Positions 19,773-29,510 are shown, counted from the first letter of the stretch. The stretch is 64,000 nt of DNA from Roseibacillus sp. (GCA_051251855.1 JBPOGI010000002.1:416001-480000), one strand, 5' to 3'. Made by a program: numbers and translations. The notes: generated by a model not told the origin, from the sequence alone.

Positions 19773-21515
19773 TCAATCCTGAATGGTGACGCGGTCGCCA
19801 ATCTTGGTTTGGCCCCAGAAATATTGTGCGGTGGAGCGGGGGAGGCGAATGCATCCATGGGAGGCAAAACGAGAGTAGGTGTTGCCTTCGTGAAAGCCGA
19901 TGGCTTTGCAAGAGAAACGCTGGAAGTAGGGCATGGGGGCCGCGTCGTAGATGTTGGACTTCTTGTGGCGGGTCTTGTCGGTGATAACGAAGTTGCCAGT
20001 TTGGGTTCGGAAACCGCGCATGCCGGAGGAGATACGCGAGGTTTTGGCGACTTCACCGTTCTTGTAGTAGGTGACTTTCTGTTCGGAGAGGTCGATCACG
20101 AAATTACGTTCTTGGTCTTCGTCGCGATACGAGACTCCGATGAGAAGCTGCTGCATTTTGACATCTCCATTAGCTGCGGCCATTTGGATGGCATAGACGC
20201 CCTTGGTCGTTCCGGCGAAGCGGTCCATTTCGAGTTCTAGCAGACGTTCGGCTAAGGGGAGGCTACGAAGCATGACGGCGGCCATCAATGGGTTGAGGCC
20301 GGTCTCGTTGCGGCAATACCAATCGAAGAGGCCTTTGCGAGCAAAGAGGTCGCGATATTCCTCGGAGACGGGGCTTTCCATCACGACGGAAAGGTCGGGT
20401 CCGTTACTGTGTTTAAGGAGGGCTAGGGTGGCGGCTTCTTGCTTGCAAGCAAGGGCGACGAAGATGGCGCGTTGACCTTCTTTTCCAAATTGGTTGGGGT
20501 TGGCATCTGCAGAGAGGAGAGAGGTGACGAGGTCTGCTTTTCCATGACGAAGGGCGTGGATGAGCGGGGTGTCTCCGTCGGGGCCGACTTCTTCGACGGG
20601 GGCTCCTTTGGCGAGAAGGTTCTCAATGGCAGCGACGTTGTTGTTATCGATGGCGAGCCAAAGGCAATCATCGACGTTTTTGATGCGGGGAAGGAGTAGT
20701 TCGAGAGTGGGGCGGAAGTCGTTCTTGAGGGCGATTTGGAGGGGTCGCTCGCCTTTGCTGCCGGGCTGCTCGGGGTCAGCACCGGAGATAAGGAGGGTGC
20801 CGATGACGCGCGTGGTAATGGGGATGTCGAGCTTCCAGTTTTGATACTCGTTTAAGAGGGCAACGAGGGCGGGCTCTCCAAAAATGAGGCCTTTGGGGTT
20901 TGCTCCTTTTTCGAGGAGTTGGCAGGCGAGTTCACCCTGACCGTCCTGCAGAGCAAGAGCGAGGGGGCTCTGTCCGTCCAAGGCAGGCGAGTCGGGGTTG
21001 GCGCCATGTTGGAGAAGAAAGGCGACATCGTTGTCTCGCTTTGCCTGATGATAGCCGGGGAGGGCGAGCTCGCCGCTGGGCAGGGTGAAGTCAGGGCTGG
21101 CACCTTCTGCGATGAGTTGGGAGGCGAGCTCGTGAAGGGACCGATCGAGAAGAAGGGAGAGGGGAGTGTTGCCTGCTTGGTCACGGGCATCGAGGTCGTA
21201 GCCTTGCTCGCGTAAGAGCGGGAGCGCGTCGAGGTGACTGCCTGCGATGGTGTGATGAAGGGCGGTGCGGCCGTGGTCGTCGGCTTGTGAGAAATCGACT
21301 TGCGCCCGGGCTAAGGTCTTGAGAACGGGGAGGTTTCCGGCAGCAGCTGCTTGATGAACGCTTACTACGCTGGCAGGGATTTCTTGCTTTTCCAACTCGC
21401 GCAGAGCGACCTGAGGATCGGCAAAAAATCCCTTCTGGTAGAGATATCCGAGGGTGACTCCGCTGCAGAGCAGGAGGACAGTGATAAGGATGAGAAAAGT
21501 CTTTAAAATGCGCAT
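19773..21515 (-). CDS. Membrane-anchored ankyrin-repeat protein with C-terminal L,D-transpeptidase (YkuD) domain
   Basis: N-terminal TM helix, many ankyrin motifs (GRTALH, GNTPL, GDTPLIHA) and the YkuD catalytic motif FHEG...ASHGCIRL. Confidence 0.92.
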   Translation of the reverse strand: MRILKTFLILITVLLLCSGVTLGYLYQKGFFADPQVALRELEKQEIPASVVSVHQAAAAGNLPVLKTLARAQVDFSQADDHGRTALHHTIAGSHLDALPLLREQGYDLDARDQAGNTPLSLLLDRSLHELASQLIAEGASPDFTLPSGELALPGYHQAKRDNDVAFLLQHGANPDSPALDGQSPLALALQDGQGELACQLLEKGANPKGLIFGEPALVALLNEYQNWKLDIPITTRVIGTLLISGADPEQPGSKGERPLQIALKNDFRPTLELLLPRIKNVDDCLWLAIDNNNVAAIENLLAKGAPVEEVGPDGDTPLIHALRHGKADLVTSLLSADANPNQFGKEGQRAIFVALACKQEAATLALLKHSNGPDLSVVMESPVSEEYRDLFARKGLFDWYCRNETGLNPLMAAVMLRSLPLAERLLELEMDRFAGTTKGVYAIQMAAANGDVKMQQLLIGVSYRDEDQERNFVIDLSEQKVTYYKNGEVAKTSRISSGMRGFRTQTGNFVITDKTRHKKSNIYDAAPMPYFQRFSCKAIGFHEGNTYSRFASHGCIRLPRSTAQYFWGQTKIGDRVTIQD

Positions 21516-21643
21516 CGTTGGGTGCGGGAAACGTTATTGGGTGAGGTAAAGATACCTTTTAGGGGTCTAACAGTCACCTTTCTTTCGCCCAAAGAGAAAT
21601 TCCGCATTGGATTTTGGCCTTATTGGGCCCAAAATTCGTCAGA

Positions 21644-22243
21644 ATGTCGGCTCCAGATACTCGGGTTAGCCTCATCATGCGCGTTCGAGACGTGGATGAC
21701 GAGCGCGCATGGAGCGAGTTTGTCTCCCTTTACTCTCCGGTGGTCTATGCTTTTTCGCGGAGCCGAGGGATGAGCGAAGCCGATGCGGAAGACATTACGC
21801 AGGAGGTGTTTCGAGCCTTAGCGAAAGCTTTACCAAAGTTCGAATTAGATAAGTCGATAGGGACTTTTCGAAACTGGCTTTTCACAGTGACGCGCTCGAA
21901 GTTGAACAATCACTTGGTGAAAAGTCGCAAACTACCGATTCCCACTGAAAATCTTCCCGACCGTGGTGACGTGTCAGATTGGGATAATCTTTATATGAAG
22001 GAGCTCTTTCGTCATGCCTGTGAGCAGGTGGAAGAGGCGGTGGAGGCTTCCAGTTGGCAGGTTTTCTGGCGGACAGCGGTCCAGCTGGAGAGTCCCGAGG
22101 CGGTGGCAGCTGCTCTGGGCCTGACGGTAGCCAATGTTTATCAGAAGAAGTCCCGGGTGGCATCGCGTCTCCGAGAGGCGATTCGCTTGGCGGATGAAGA
22201 AGTGCTGTCAGATCCACCCCCTGGGTCCGGTATGCCTCTCTAA
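21644..22243 (+). CDS. ECF RNA polymerase sigma factor
   Basis: Motifs TRVSLIMRVRD..DERAWSEFVSLY, DAEDITQEVF and FRNWLFTVTR, plus a region-4 HTH. Start placed at ATG 21644. Confidence 0.92.
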   Translation: MSAPDTRVSLIMRVRDVDDERAWSEFVSLYSPVVYAFSRSRGMSEADAEDITQEVFRALAKALPKFELDKSIGTFRNWLFTVTRSKLNNHLVKSRKLPIPTENLPDRGDVSDWDNLYMKELFRHACEQVEEAVEASSWQVFWRTAVQLESPEAVAAALGLTVANVYQKKSRVASRLREAIRLADEEVLSDPPPGSGMPL

Positions 22244-22264
22244 CATGAGCAGTGTTTTCCCCAA

Positions 22265-24334
22265 ATGAGTGATCCTTTACGAGATTTAGCCCCCTTTCTC
22301 GAACAGGCGCGCTCGAGTCAAAACGAGTTTACGCCTCCTGATTATCTGACAGTTCGCTTGATGCATTCAAGAGGGAGCGCAATCGAGCCGGCGGTGGCAC
22401 CGTTGCCAGAGGAGTTGGAATTACCGCGTTCGTTTGGGCCCTATATGTTGGAGTCGGTTCTTGGGCGAGGAGGAGCAGGGACGGTATATCAGGCTTACGA
22501 TGCCGAGTTGGAACGCTCAATTGCAGTGAAGGTTTTGTCTTCAGGGCTGATCAATGATCGAGAAGCGGGAGTGAGGTTTTTAAGGGAAGCTAGGGCGATG
22601 GCAAAGCTGAGTGACGATCATCTGATGCCTCTGTTGGCTGTTCATCAGGAGACGCCGGCGCCCTGCTTTACGATGCCTCTGTTGGCGGGGGAGACGTTGC
22701 ATGATCGCATTCGCCGCGAGGGAACTTTATCGTGTGATGAGGCGGTCCGTTTAGCAGAGCAAATTTGTGCGGGGCTGGCGACGGCTCACGAGGCCGATTT
22801 GGTGCATCGAGATCTCAAGCCTTCGAACATTTTTCTTGAGGAGACTGAGGAGGGGCCGCGCGCGCGGCTGATGGACTTTGGTCTCGTGAAGGCGGCAGAA
22901 GATCCGTCGATGACTCGCGAGGGTGAGTTGGCTGGGACGCCTTCGTTCATGGCGCCTGAACAAATCGATGGAGTTAATGTTGATGGGCGCTCGGACCTCT
23001 TCGGTCTTGGGGCGACGATTTTCATGTGCCTGACTGGGCGACCGCCTTTTGAGGGCGAGACTTTGACGGCGACCTTTCGCAAGATCGCGAGCGAGGATGC
23101 GCCTGCTCTTGCCAAAGTGGCTCCCGAAACTCCCGGATGGCTCTCGGGTTTGGTTGCGGAGCTTTTGTCGAAGAAAGTTGAAGAGCGGCCGAGGAGTGCT
23201 CGTTTGGTGATGGACCGGTTGAGGGAGAGAAGGCCGAGTGCCACTGCGACAGGAGGATTAATACAAAGGCGGTGGCTCGTTGGAGCGTTGGCGGCGGCAG
23301 TGATTTTTTCTTTGGTTATTTGGTTCTCGTCAGAATGGTTTCAGAGTCAGGAGCAGAGGGAAGACTTTGACTTTGTGAAGGCTTTAGCTTCTTTGGAGTC
23401 GGGGGATTCATGGAATGTGCCAGCGGGAACCATTTTCTTGGAGAGCCTCGACTTGGAAGGCAAGGACCTGCGTATGGAGGGGTCTGCTGAAGGAACGCGC
23501 CTGGTGTTTGTGAAGCTGGAGGGGCCGGCCATTGTGAATGCTGGGAATCTGGAGTTGGTGAACCTAACGATTGATTGCAGCCGCCTAGGTGAGGGAGAAA
23601 CGGTACCACTGATACAGTCTCAGGGTGAGTTGGTGACGCTGACGAATTGTCGTGTCGAGCAGAAGCAGTCCTCGAGTGAATTTCCAGGAAGCCGAACTCT
23701 GATAGAAGCGGCCGCAGACTCGCGAACGGTGCTGGATGGTTGTGAGCTTTATACCTTTCAGTCTATTATTTGGCGGATGAAGGGGGCTGCTTCCCTACTG
23801 GTGAAGGATTCTTTGGTGGTGTCGCCTGGAATCTCTTTCTCTGCGACGGAGGACGGGAGTCAGGGAGAGGTGGTGCTGAAGGGGTCGACTTGCATTCAAC
23901 AGGTGGTGTTCTCTCACTTCGATTCTTCCGATGACGGAAAATCGATCGATATTGTGGTTGAGGATTCTCTCGTTGAGAGCAACCACGCTTTAATTTGGCT
24001 GCCGCTGGGAGATGAGGAGACTTTGAGGGCTGGTCTCGACTTCCAGGCGGGTAATTCTCTTTTTCTCCTCGATAAAAATCTGCTCAATACCTCCACTCGA
24101 CCTCGAATTATTTCGCGGCGCCAAGGAACGATTGATGCTTGGCACCCTGACCAGTGGTCGGACTATTGGGGCGGGGGCGAAAAGGAAGTGACCTACACAA
24201 AGGGGTCAATATTCGAGCGTGATGGCATCACGGACCGCATGTTGGAGACTTTAAAAGCGAACGACCTTATTGCTGCGCCACGAGGTTTTAAAGATTTGGG
24301 CGTAGACCTCAAATCGGTGGGGCCATCAAAGTGA
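22265..24334 (+). CDS. Hanks-type Ser/Thr protein kinase with TM helix and extracytoplasmic beta-helix-like domain
   Basis: Motifs GRGGAGTVY, AVK, HRDLKPSN, DFG, GTPSFMAPE and SDLFGLG. TM segment WLVGALAAAVIFSLVIWF. Confidence 0.93.
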   Translation: MSDPLRDLAPFLEQARSSQNEFTPPDYLTVRLMHSRGSAIEPAVAPLPEELELPRSFGPYMLESVLGRGGAGTVYQAYDAELERSIAVKVLSSGLINDREAGVRFLREARAMAKLSDDHLMPLLAVHQETPAPCFTMPLLAGETLHDRIRREGTLSCDEAVRLAEQICAGLATAHEADLVHRDLKPSNIFLEETEEGPRARLMDFGLVKAAEDPSMTREGELAGTPSFMAPEQIDGVNVDGRSDLFGLGATIFMCLTGRPPFEGETLTATFRKIASEDAPALAKVAPETPGWLSGLVAELLSKKVEERPRSARLVMDRLRERRPSATATGGLIQRRWLVGALAAAVIFSLVIWFSSEWFQSQEQREDFDFVKALASLESGDSWNVPAGTIFLESLDLEGKDLRMEGSAEGTRLVFVKLEGPAIVNAGNLELVNLTIDCSRLGEGETVPLIQSQGELVTLTNCRVEQKQSSSEFPGSRTLIEAAADSRTVLDGCELYTFQSIIWRMKGAASLLVKDSLVVSPGISFSATEDGSQGEVVLKGSTCIQQVVFSHFDSSDDGKSIDIVVEDSLVESNHALIWLPLGDEETLRAGLDFQAGNSLFLLDKNLLNTSTRPRIISRRQGTIDAWHPDQWSDYWGGGEKEVTYTKGSIFERDGITDRMLETLKANDLIAAPRGFKDLGVDLKSVGPSK

Positions 24335-24772
24335 TTCTTGCAAGCCTTCGGCGTAGGCCTTGAAGACGAGAGCGATTTGGTCGCGGATGTTGCGAAAGAC
24401 TACGAGTTGCTCTTCCTCAGTCCCGTTGGCGAGGGCGGGGTCTTCGAAGCCCCAGTGATGGCGGTGGACTTGGCCGGGAAAGAGAGGGCAGGCTTCGGAT
24501 GCATTGCCACACACGGTGATGACGGTGTCGACTCCGTGTTCTAGGAAAGTGTCCCAGCTTTTTGAGGTGTGCGAAGAGAGGTCGATCTCAATCTCTTGCA
24601 TGACCTGGATGGCGAGAGGGTGAACGGAGCCGGAGGGGTGAGAACCTGCGCTGGAAACGGTGGCGAGGTTGCCGAGTTCTTTGCGAAGGAGGCCTTCGGC
24701 CATGTGGCTGCGGCAGGAGTTGCCGGTGCAAAGTATCAGGATATGGCGAAGATGTTTTTCGGGGAGAGTCAT
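24326..24772 (-). CDS. arsC: Arsenate reductase ArsC (thioredoxin-coupled, LMW-PTPase fold)
   Basis: CTGNSCRSHMAEG P-loop, VITVC...EACP and HWGFEDPA. Confidence 0.9.
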   Translation of the reverse strand: MTLPEKHLRHILILCTGNSCRSHMAEGLLRKELGNLATVSSAGSHPSGSVHPLAIQVMQEIEIDLSSHTSKSWDTFLEHGVDTVITVCGNASEACPLFPGQVHRHHWGFEDPALANGTEEEQLVVFRNIRDQIALVFKAYAEGLQESL

Positions 24773-24903
24773 CGCTTTCGAATTTGCGGAATATTACGCG
24801 TTTTCAAAGGTCAGACTTTGTTCCGATTGGTCATGAAGGATGAGTAGAGTTGACCTAGGAACACGGTGATCCTCACCGTATTCCTATTAGAGTTGGGGAG
24901 AGC

Positions 24904-25050
24904 TTAGTGGGAGCCACAGCTAGTGCAGCCTGCTTTGCCACAAACAGCACAGGAAGCGTCTCCATGAGAGCAATTGGGACCGTGTTGATGCGCGCAAGAA
25001 GAGAGGGCGACGGTGGCGGCAGCGGCGATAGCAATAGCGATGGTTTTCAT
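24904..25050 (-). CDS. 48-aa Cys/His-rich lipoprotein (not in ORF track)
   Basis: Hand translation gives MKTIAIAIAAAATVALSSCAHQHGPNCSHGDASCAVCGKAGCTSCGSH*. It has a signal peptide II with an LSSC lipobox and two CxxC motifs. Confidence 0.8.
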   Translation of the reverse strand: MKTIAIAIAAAATVALSSCAHQHGPNCSHGDASCAVCGKAGCTSCGSH

Positions 25051-25159
25051 AGTTTTCGTTTTTAAAGGCCTGTTTGGCATCTATAGGACGATGGAGGGCG
25101 GAAGGTATTCCCGACAAGTGCGAAAAGGCGCGATTTAGGTTTTGCGGAGGGAGGGGGAG

Positions 25160-26548
25160 ATGGCAGGTTGCGGCGTGAACTTGTTCAGTCATCCTTCATC
25201 CAGTGGCAACGAAGAGAAGCGTGAGGCTTTGCCGGTGTCGCGTCTATTAAGGCGGATGCGCAATTTGTTGGAGATTGAGATTGGCGAAATCTGGGTGGAG
25301 GGTGAGGTCTCGAATTTACGCAAGCAGGGGAGTGGGCATTGGTATTTTTCTCTGAAGGACGAGGGGGGGCAAATTGCGTGTGCGATGTTTGGGGCCAAGC
25401 GTCGGCCGGGGAGCGAGGTGTTAGAGGATGGTGCGAAGGTGAGGGTCTTTGGGGAGGTGACGATATATGAAGCACGCGGAACGGCACAGCTGGTGGTTCG
25501 CGAAGCAGAGGCGGTGGGAGCTGGTGCCTTGCAGGCGCAGTTTGAGGCTTTGAAGAAGAAGTTGGATGAGGAGGGGCTTTTTGCGCAAGGATTGAAGAAG
25601 CCGCTTCCTAAGTTTCCGACAAGGATTGGGATTGTGACTTCGGGCAGCAGTGCGGCTTTGCAGGATATGATCAATGTGCTTTCGCGTCGGGCACCTTGGG
25701 TCACGGTTCATCTCGCTGACGTGATGGTGCAGGGGAAAGGGGCGGAGAAGGGAATTGCGCGGGCGATCGAGAGGATGGGGAACTGGCAGAAGAATGGTCT
25801 CCCCGAATGTGAGGTGGTGATCGTGGGCCGAGGCGGAGGTTCCATGGAGGACCTTTGGAATTTTAACGAAGAGGTGGTCGCACGGGCGATTGCGGCTTGC
25901 CCGATTCCGGTGGTGAGCGCGGTGGGCCACGAGATTGATTTTACGATAGCAGACTTTGTGGCGGATATGCGGGCCCCGACCCCCAGTGCGGCGGCGGAAT
26001 TGGTGGTGCCGGATCAAGCGGAGTTGGTTGCGCGTTTTGCGACTTTGGAAGGGCGGCTGGAGCGTCGAGTATCTGATGGCCTTCAGAGACGAGAGGAGAC
26101 TTTGCGGTTTTTGAAGCGGACAGCGGTAGCGGTCTCGGCGGAGAGTGTGTTACGCGAGCCTATTACGCGCTTGGATGAAGCTGCTGATAGTTTAGAGCGT
26201 GGACTAAAGAGTGGAATGGTGGAGCAGATTTCAAAGGCGCGCGAATTGGCTGTGCGATGGAAGTCGAACCGACCTTCGGCGGTAATGGACCGCAAGAGTG
26301 AACGCTTGGAGTCTTTGAGGGGACGGCAAGAAAAGACAGTGGATAGTCAGCTTAGCAAGAAGGAGTCTTATCTCGAGCGTCTGCAGTCCTTAGTGAAGGC
26401 GTTGGGTCCGGAGTCGGCCTTTGAGCGAGGTTTCTCGATTATGGTGGGTGAGGATGGGAAGGTGATTAAAAATGCCAGCGAAGTGGAGAAGGGGATGCGA
26501 CTGGAGACCATTATGAAGGGGGGAGTGGTCAATAGTGTGGCTGATTAG
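25160..26548 (+). CDS. xseA: Exodeoxyribonuclease VII large subunit
   Basis: Motifs IWVEGEVSN, GHWYFSLKD, GRGGGSMEDLWNFNEE, SAVGHEIDFTIADFVAD and RAPTPSAAAE. The start is uncertain (25160 or 25175). Confidence 0.96.
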   Translation: MAGCGVNLFSHPSSSGNEEKREALPVSRLLRRMRNLLEIEIGEIWVEGEVSNLRKQGSGHWYFSLKDEGGQIACAMFGAKRRPGSEVLEDGAKVRVFGEVTIYEARGTAQLVVREAEAVGAGALQAQFEALKKKLDEEGLFAQGLKKPLPKFPTRIGIVTSGSSAALQDMINVLSRRAPWVTVHLADVMVQGKGAEKGIARAIERMGNWQKNGLPECEVVIVGRGGGSMEDLWNFNEEVVARAIAACPIPVVSAVGHEIDFTIADFVADMRAPTPSAAAELVVPDQAELVARFATLEGRLERRVSDGLQRREETLRFLKRTAVAVSAESVLREPITRLDEAADSLERGLKSGMVEQISKARELAVRWKSNRPSAVMDRKSERLESLRGRQEKTVDSQLSKKESYLERLQSLVKALGPESAFERGFSIMVGEDGKVIKNASEVEKGMRLETIMKGGVVNSVAD

Positions 26549-26602
26549 GTGTCTTGGAGTTTAAGAAGGAGAGTGCGGCGAGTGAGGGTGCCCGCGGTCC
26601 TT

Positions 26603-28330
26603 CTAAGGGCGAAGGATGATGGCTTCGATCCAAGAAGAGGTGCCTGGTGACCATCCTGAGACGAGGGTGCCGTTGTTGATTGTTTCTTCGCCAAAGAGCT
26701 CGATGAGTTGTTTGGTGTTGTCGTCGGCGATGGGAATGTCCTTCTTGAGGGTGAGGAGAGGGAGGGTGGATTCGTCATCGATACGCCAACGCTTTTTGAT
26801 GGCGATGGTGAGGGAGTCTTTCTTGGGGGTGAGTTCTTCGAGATTGCGAAAGCTCCAAATGCCTCGTTTTTCTTTGTCTTGGAAGTCGTCAAAGTACCAG
26901 ACCATAGAAGGTTCTTTGTAGCCGCTTGCAGCCATCGGTCCGGAAGGGATTCCGGCTGCTTCGACCAAGCGGAGCGAGAGGTGGGCATGGCGACCGACAG
27001 CGGTAGCAAGGGTGAAGAATAGGATAAAGGCGGCAAAGGAAGAGACGGCGGCAAAGCGGGCGATCTTCTCGTGACGGAGTCGCATGAGGGCTCCGCCGAG
27101 AATGGCGAGTGAGAGCATCACACCGCCGAGGAGAGTGACGAGAAGAGCGAGGTCGAGAGCTTCTTTGCCTCGAGTTGTTTGCGAAAGGCCGATGATGACC
27201 AAGAGGAGTCCGAGGACAGCTGGGACGATGAGGGCGGTATTTCGAACGATGCGACCGAAGCGTTTGAGTTCGGTTTCTTGACGGAAGGTGAGAGCCAACA
27301 GGAGGAAGAAGGCGGGATAGCCGGGAAGGATGTAGTGAGGGAGTTGGGTGGCGTAGAAAGAGAAGACCAGGAAGGGGGCGGCGAGCCAGCCGAGGAGGAA
27401 GTAGCTGTCGAGGGTGCGCGTTTGGAAGGACTTTTTGAGGGTGGCGGGAAGTTGTGCGGTCCAGGGGAGGAGAAAGGGAATGATGATGAGGAAGTAGTAG
27501 AGGCCAGGGAGGAAGAAGCGTTTGTTCATGGCTCCGGTGCCGCGTTCGACGACGTGCTTGCCAATGCCGATGCCGAAGTAGGCGCCCTCGGTATCCTTGA
27601 GGGCAGGGATGCCCCAGATGGCGACTAGGAGGAGGGAAGGAATGAGGGTGATGAGGAAGGCCTTTTCAGCGCGCCAGAGAGTGCGGGTTTGACTCTTGAA
27701 TTCGGTGGTGAGTGCTTCGTCAGCTTTGCGTTTTTTCCACCAAAGGGTGCCGAAGGTGACGAGGAGAGCGGCTTGTGGAATGGCGTAGATGAGAGGGCCT
27801 TTGGCGAGGAAGCCTAAAGCGAGCCAGAGAGTGAGGAGGAGGTAGTTGAGATACGGTTTGCCATGGTCGTGCATCACCTTGTGAAGGGTGATCATGGCGA
27901 GCACGATGAAGAGGATGAGGGGCATGTCCGCGACGGCGAGGCGCGAGTGAATGAGGACTTGGAGAGCGGTAAGCCAACCGGCTCCGGCGAGGAAGGAGGC
28001 CTTACGATCGAGGCCGATTCGTCGGGCAAAGAAGAAGAGCAGGATGGCGATGAGCCAAGAGGCTTGTACAGAATGCATACGGGCTCCGAGCTCGTTGATG
28101 CCAAAGACTTGGAAGTTGGCGCGCATCCACCAATAGGTGAGCGGGGGTTTGTCGAAACGATACTCGTCGTTGAAATAAGGCACGACCCATTCGTCGCGGT
28201 CGATCATCTCCACAGTGGCGTGGGCAAAGCGAGGCTCGTCGCGGTCAACGAGGGGGAGTGACCAAATGCCCGGGATGAGGGCAACGATGGCGAGCAAGGT
28301 GAGACCGAGAGGTGAAAGAAGTTTGTTCAA
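26603..28330 (-). CDS. ArnT/PMT-like (GT-C fold) membrane glycosyltransferase
   Basis: Motifs DRDEPRFA, RFDKPPLTYW, LAKGP and LPHYILP, with many TM helices. Probable TTG start at 28330, because the longer ORF overlaps the upstream gene. Confidence 0.9.
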   Translation of the reverse strand: MNKLLSPLGLTLLAIVALIPGIWSLPLVDRDEPRFAHATVEMIDRDEWVVPYFNDEYRFDKPPLTYWWMRANFQVFGINELGARMHSVQASWLIAILLFFFARRIGLDRKASFLAGAGWLTALQVLIHSRLAVADMPLILFIVLAMITLHKVMHDHGKPYLNYLLLTLWLALGFLAKGPLIYAIPQAALLVTFGTLWWKKRKADEALTTEFKSQTRTLWRAEKAFLITLIPSLLLVAIWGIPALKDTEGAYFGIGIGKHVVERGTGAMNKRFFLPGLYYFLIIIPFLLPWTAQLPATLKKSFQTRTLDSYFLLGWLAAPFLVFSFYATQLPHYILPGYPAFFLLLALTFRQETELKRFGRIVRNTALIVPAVLGLLLVIIGLSQTTRGKEALDLALLVTLLGGVMLSLAILGGALMRLRHEKIARFAAVSSFAAFILFFTLATAVGRHAHLSLRLVEAAGIPSGPMAASGYKEPSMVWYFDDFQDKEKRGIWSFRNLEELTPKKDSLTIAIKKRWRIDDESTLPLLTLKKDIPIADDNTKQLIELFGEETINNGTLVSGWSPGTSSWIEAIILRP

Positions 28331-28449
28331 GATGGCTGCGGTGGGCGGTATTTTGAACAGAAGGAGGGGAAGGAAGCAAAGTCGGAACTCGTTTGTTTTT
28401 TTGCCGCGAAGAGGCTCAAAAACCGCAAAATCGGTTCTGGAGCAGGATT

Positions 28450-28848
28450 CTAGGCTGGGGGTTCTTCTTTGTCCTTTCTGGAGGCGGGGCCTGTCTTGAG
28501 ATCGAGAAAGAGGTTGTAGAGGCCGACGAAGGAGGGGAAGAGATTGGCGAGGACGCCCACGGAGTCCGTTTTTCCGAAGGTGAAGTAGCTGAGCAACGAG
28601 ATGGAGCCGAGGACGGACATGATCCAGAAGATACGCGGCATCTTGACCTGCTTGGCCTTTTTGGAGGCGAGGAGCTGTGGAAACCAGCGGCCGGCGAACA
28701 TAAAGACGCCAAAGTAACCAATGATCTTCCAAGGGTATAAGACCACTTCTTGGCCGAAAAATGCTCCTTTGAAAAAGGGGGTATGCATGAAGCCGTTGCC
28801 ATCGGGCACATCAGCCGCCGCTTGGGCAAGAAGGAGAAGGTCGAACAT
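28450..28848 (-). CDS. Lipid A biosynthesis N-terminal (LAB_N) domain membrane protein
   Basis: Pattern WKIIGYFGVFMFAGRWFPQLLASKKAKQVKMPRIFWIMSVLGS...DSV...YNL, located between GT2 and ArnT genes. Confidence 0.82.
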   Translation of the reverse strand: MFDLLLLAQAAADVPDGNGFMHTPFFKGAFFGQEVVLYPWKIIGYFGVFMFAGRWFPQLLASKKAKQVKMPRIFWIMSVLGSISLLSYFTFGKTDSVGVLANLFPSFVGLYNLFLDLKTGPASRKDKEEPPA

Positions 28849-28921
28849 GCTAAGGATAAAAGCGGAATTAGCCCTCGATGAACACTGGCTTGCTTGTCTG
28901 TATTGAGAGGCGGTAGCTCTG

Positions 28922-29458
28922 CTAAGAGTGTTGCAGAAAGGCGAGAATGGCGGATTCCTCATCTTCAGCTTCGAGCCAAGTCTTGAACTCTAGCACTTTG
29001 GTGAGGGAGTCTTCGCCGATACGATTTTTGAGGTTGTCGATGACGGCTTGAGCGCTGGCTTCTTGGCGGACGCTTCTTTGCCAGGGAAGGGTGAAAATGA
29101 GGTGGAGCTCGTCGTGAAAATTGTGGGATCGGAGCGCTTCCCATTCGCCCTTGTCGAGCCAGATGCCACCGGTGGGGGAACGGTCGATGGTGAAGGTGAA
29201 GCCGTGGCCCACTTGGTAGCGGAGCATGGGGGCCTGGGTTTCGGGGCAAGGGCGGATTCCTGCAGGTTCTTCTTCATTGGGGAGAACGTCGCTTGAAACG
29301 GGAAGTTGAGGGAGGCGACTGGGATTTTTCCCTAACCAGCGCCAGTAGGATGCGGCAGGGATGTAGTGTCCGCCGGACTCAGGGCAGTGGTAGGCGATGA
29401 GGTTGGGCTCGAGATCGCTTTTGACGAGGGCGGTTTTTGGTGAGGTGGGGCTTTTCAT
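28922..29458 (-). CDS. zf-TFIIB-like zinc-ribbon domain protein (degenerate)
   Basis: Motif CPETQAPM...IDRSPTGGIWLDKGEW. Start at ATG 29458. Confidence 0.7.
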   Translation of the reverse strand: MKSPTSPKTALVKSDLEPNLIAYHCPESGGHYIPAASYWRWLGKNPSRLPQLPVSSDVLPNEEEPAGIRPCPETQAPMLRYQVGHGFTFTIDRSPTGGIWLDKGEWEALRSHNFHDELHLIFTLPWQRSVRQEASAQAVIDNLKNRIGEDSLTKVLEFKTWLEAEDEESAILAFLQHS

Positions 29459-29510
29459 CGACGTGATTACTGGAGTAATTGAGGGAGAAGTTTGGTGGCG
29501 CTTTTGGTGA

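Noticed and set aside
24920..25192. 90-aa minus-strand ORF in the track
   Set aside because: The overlapping 48-aa frame with a lipobox is far more protein-like.
28331..28732. N-terminal extension of the 709-aa ArnT ORF
   Set aside because: It overlaps the LAB_N gene in another frame and looks non-coding. Homology-like sequence starts near TTG 28330.
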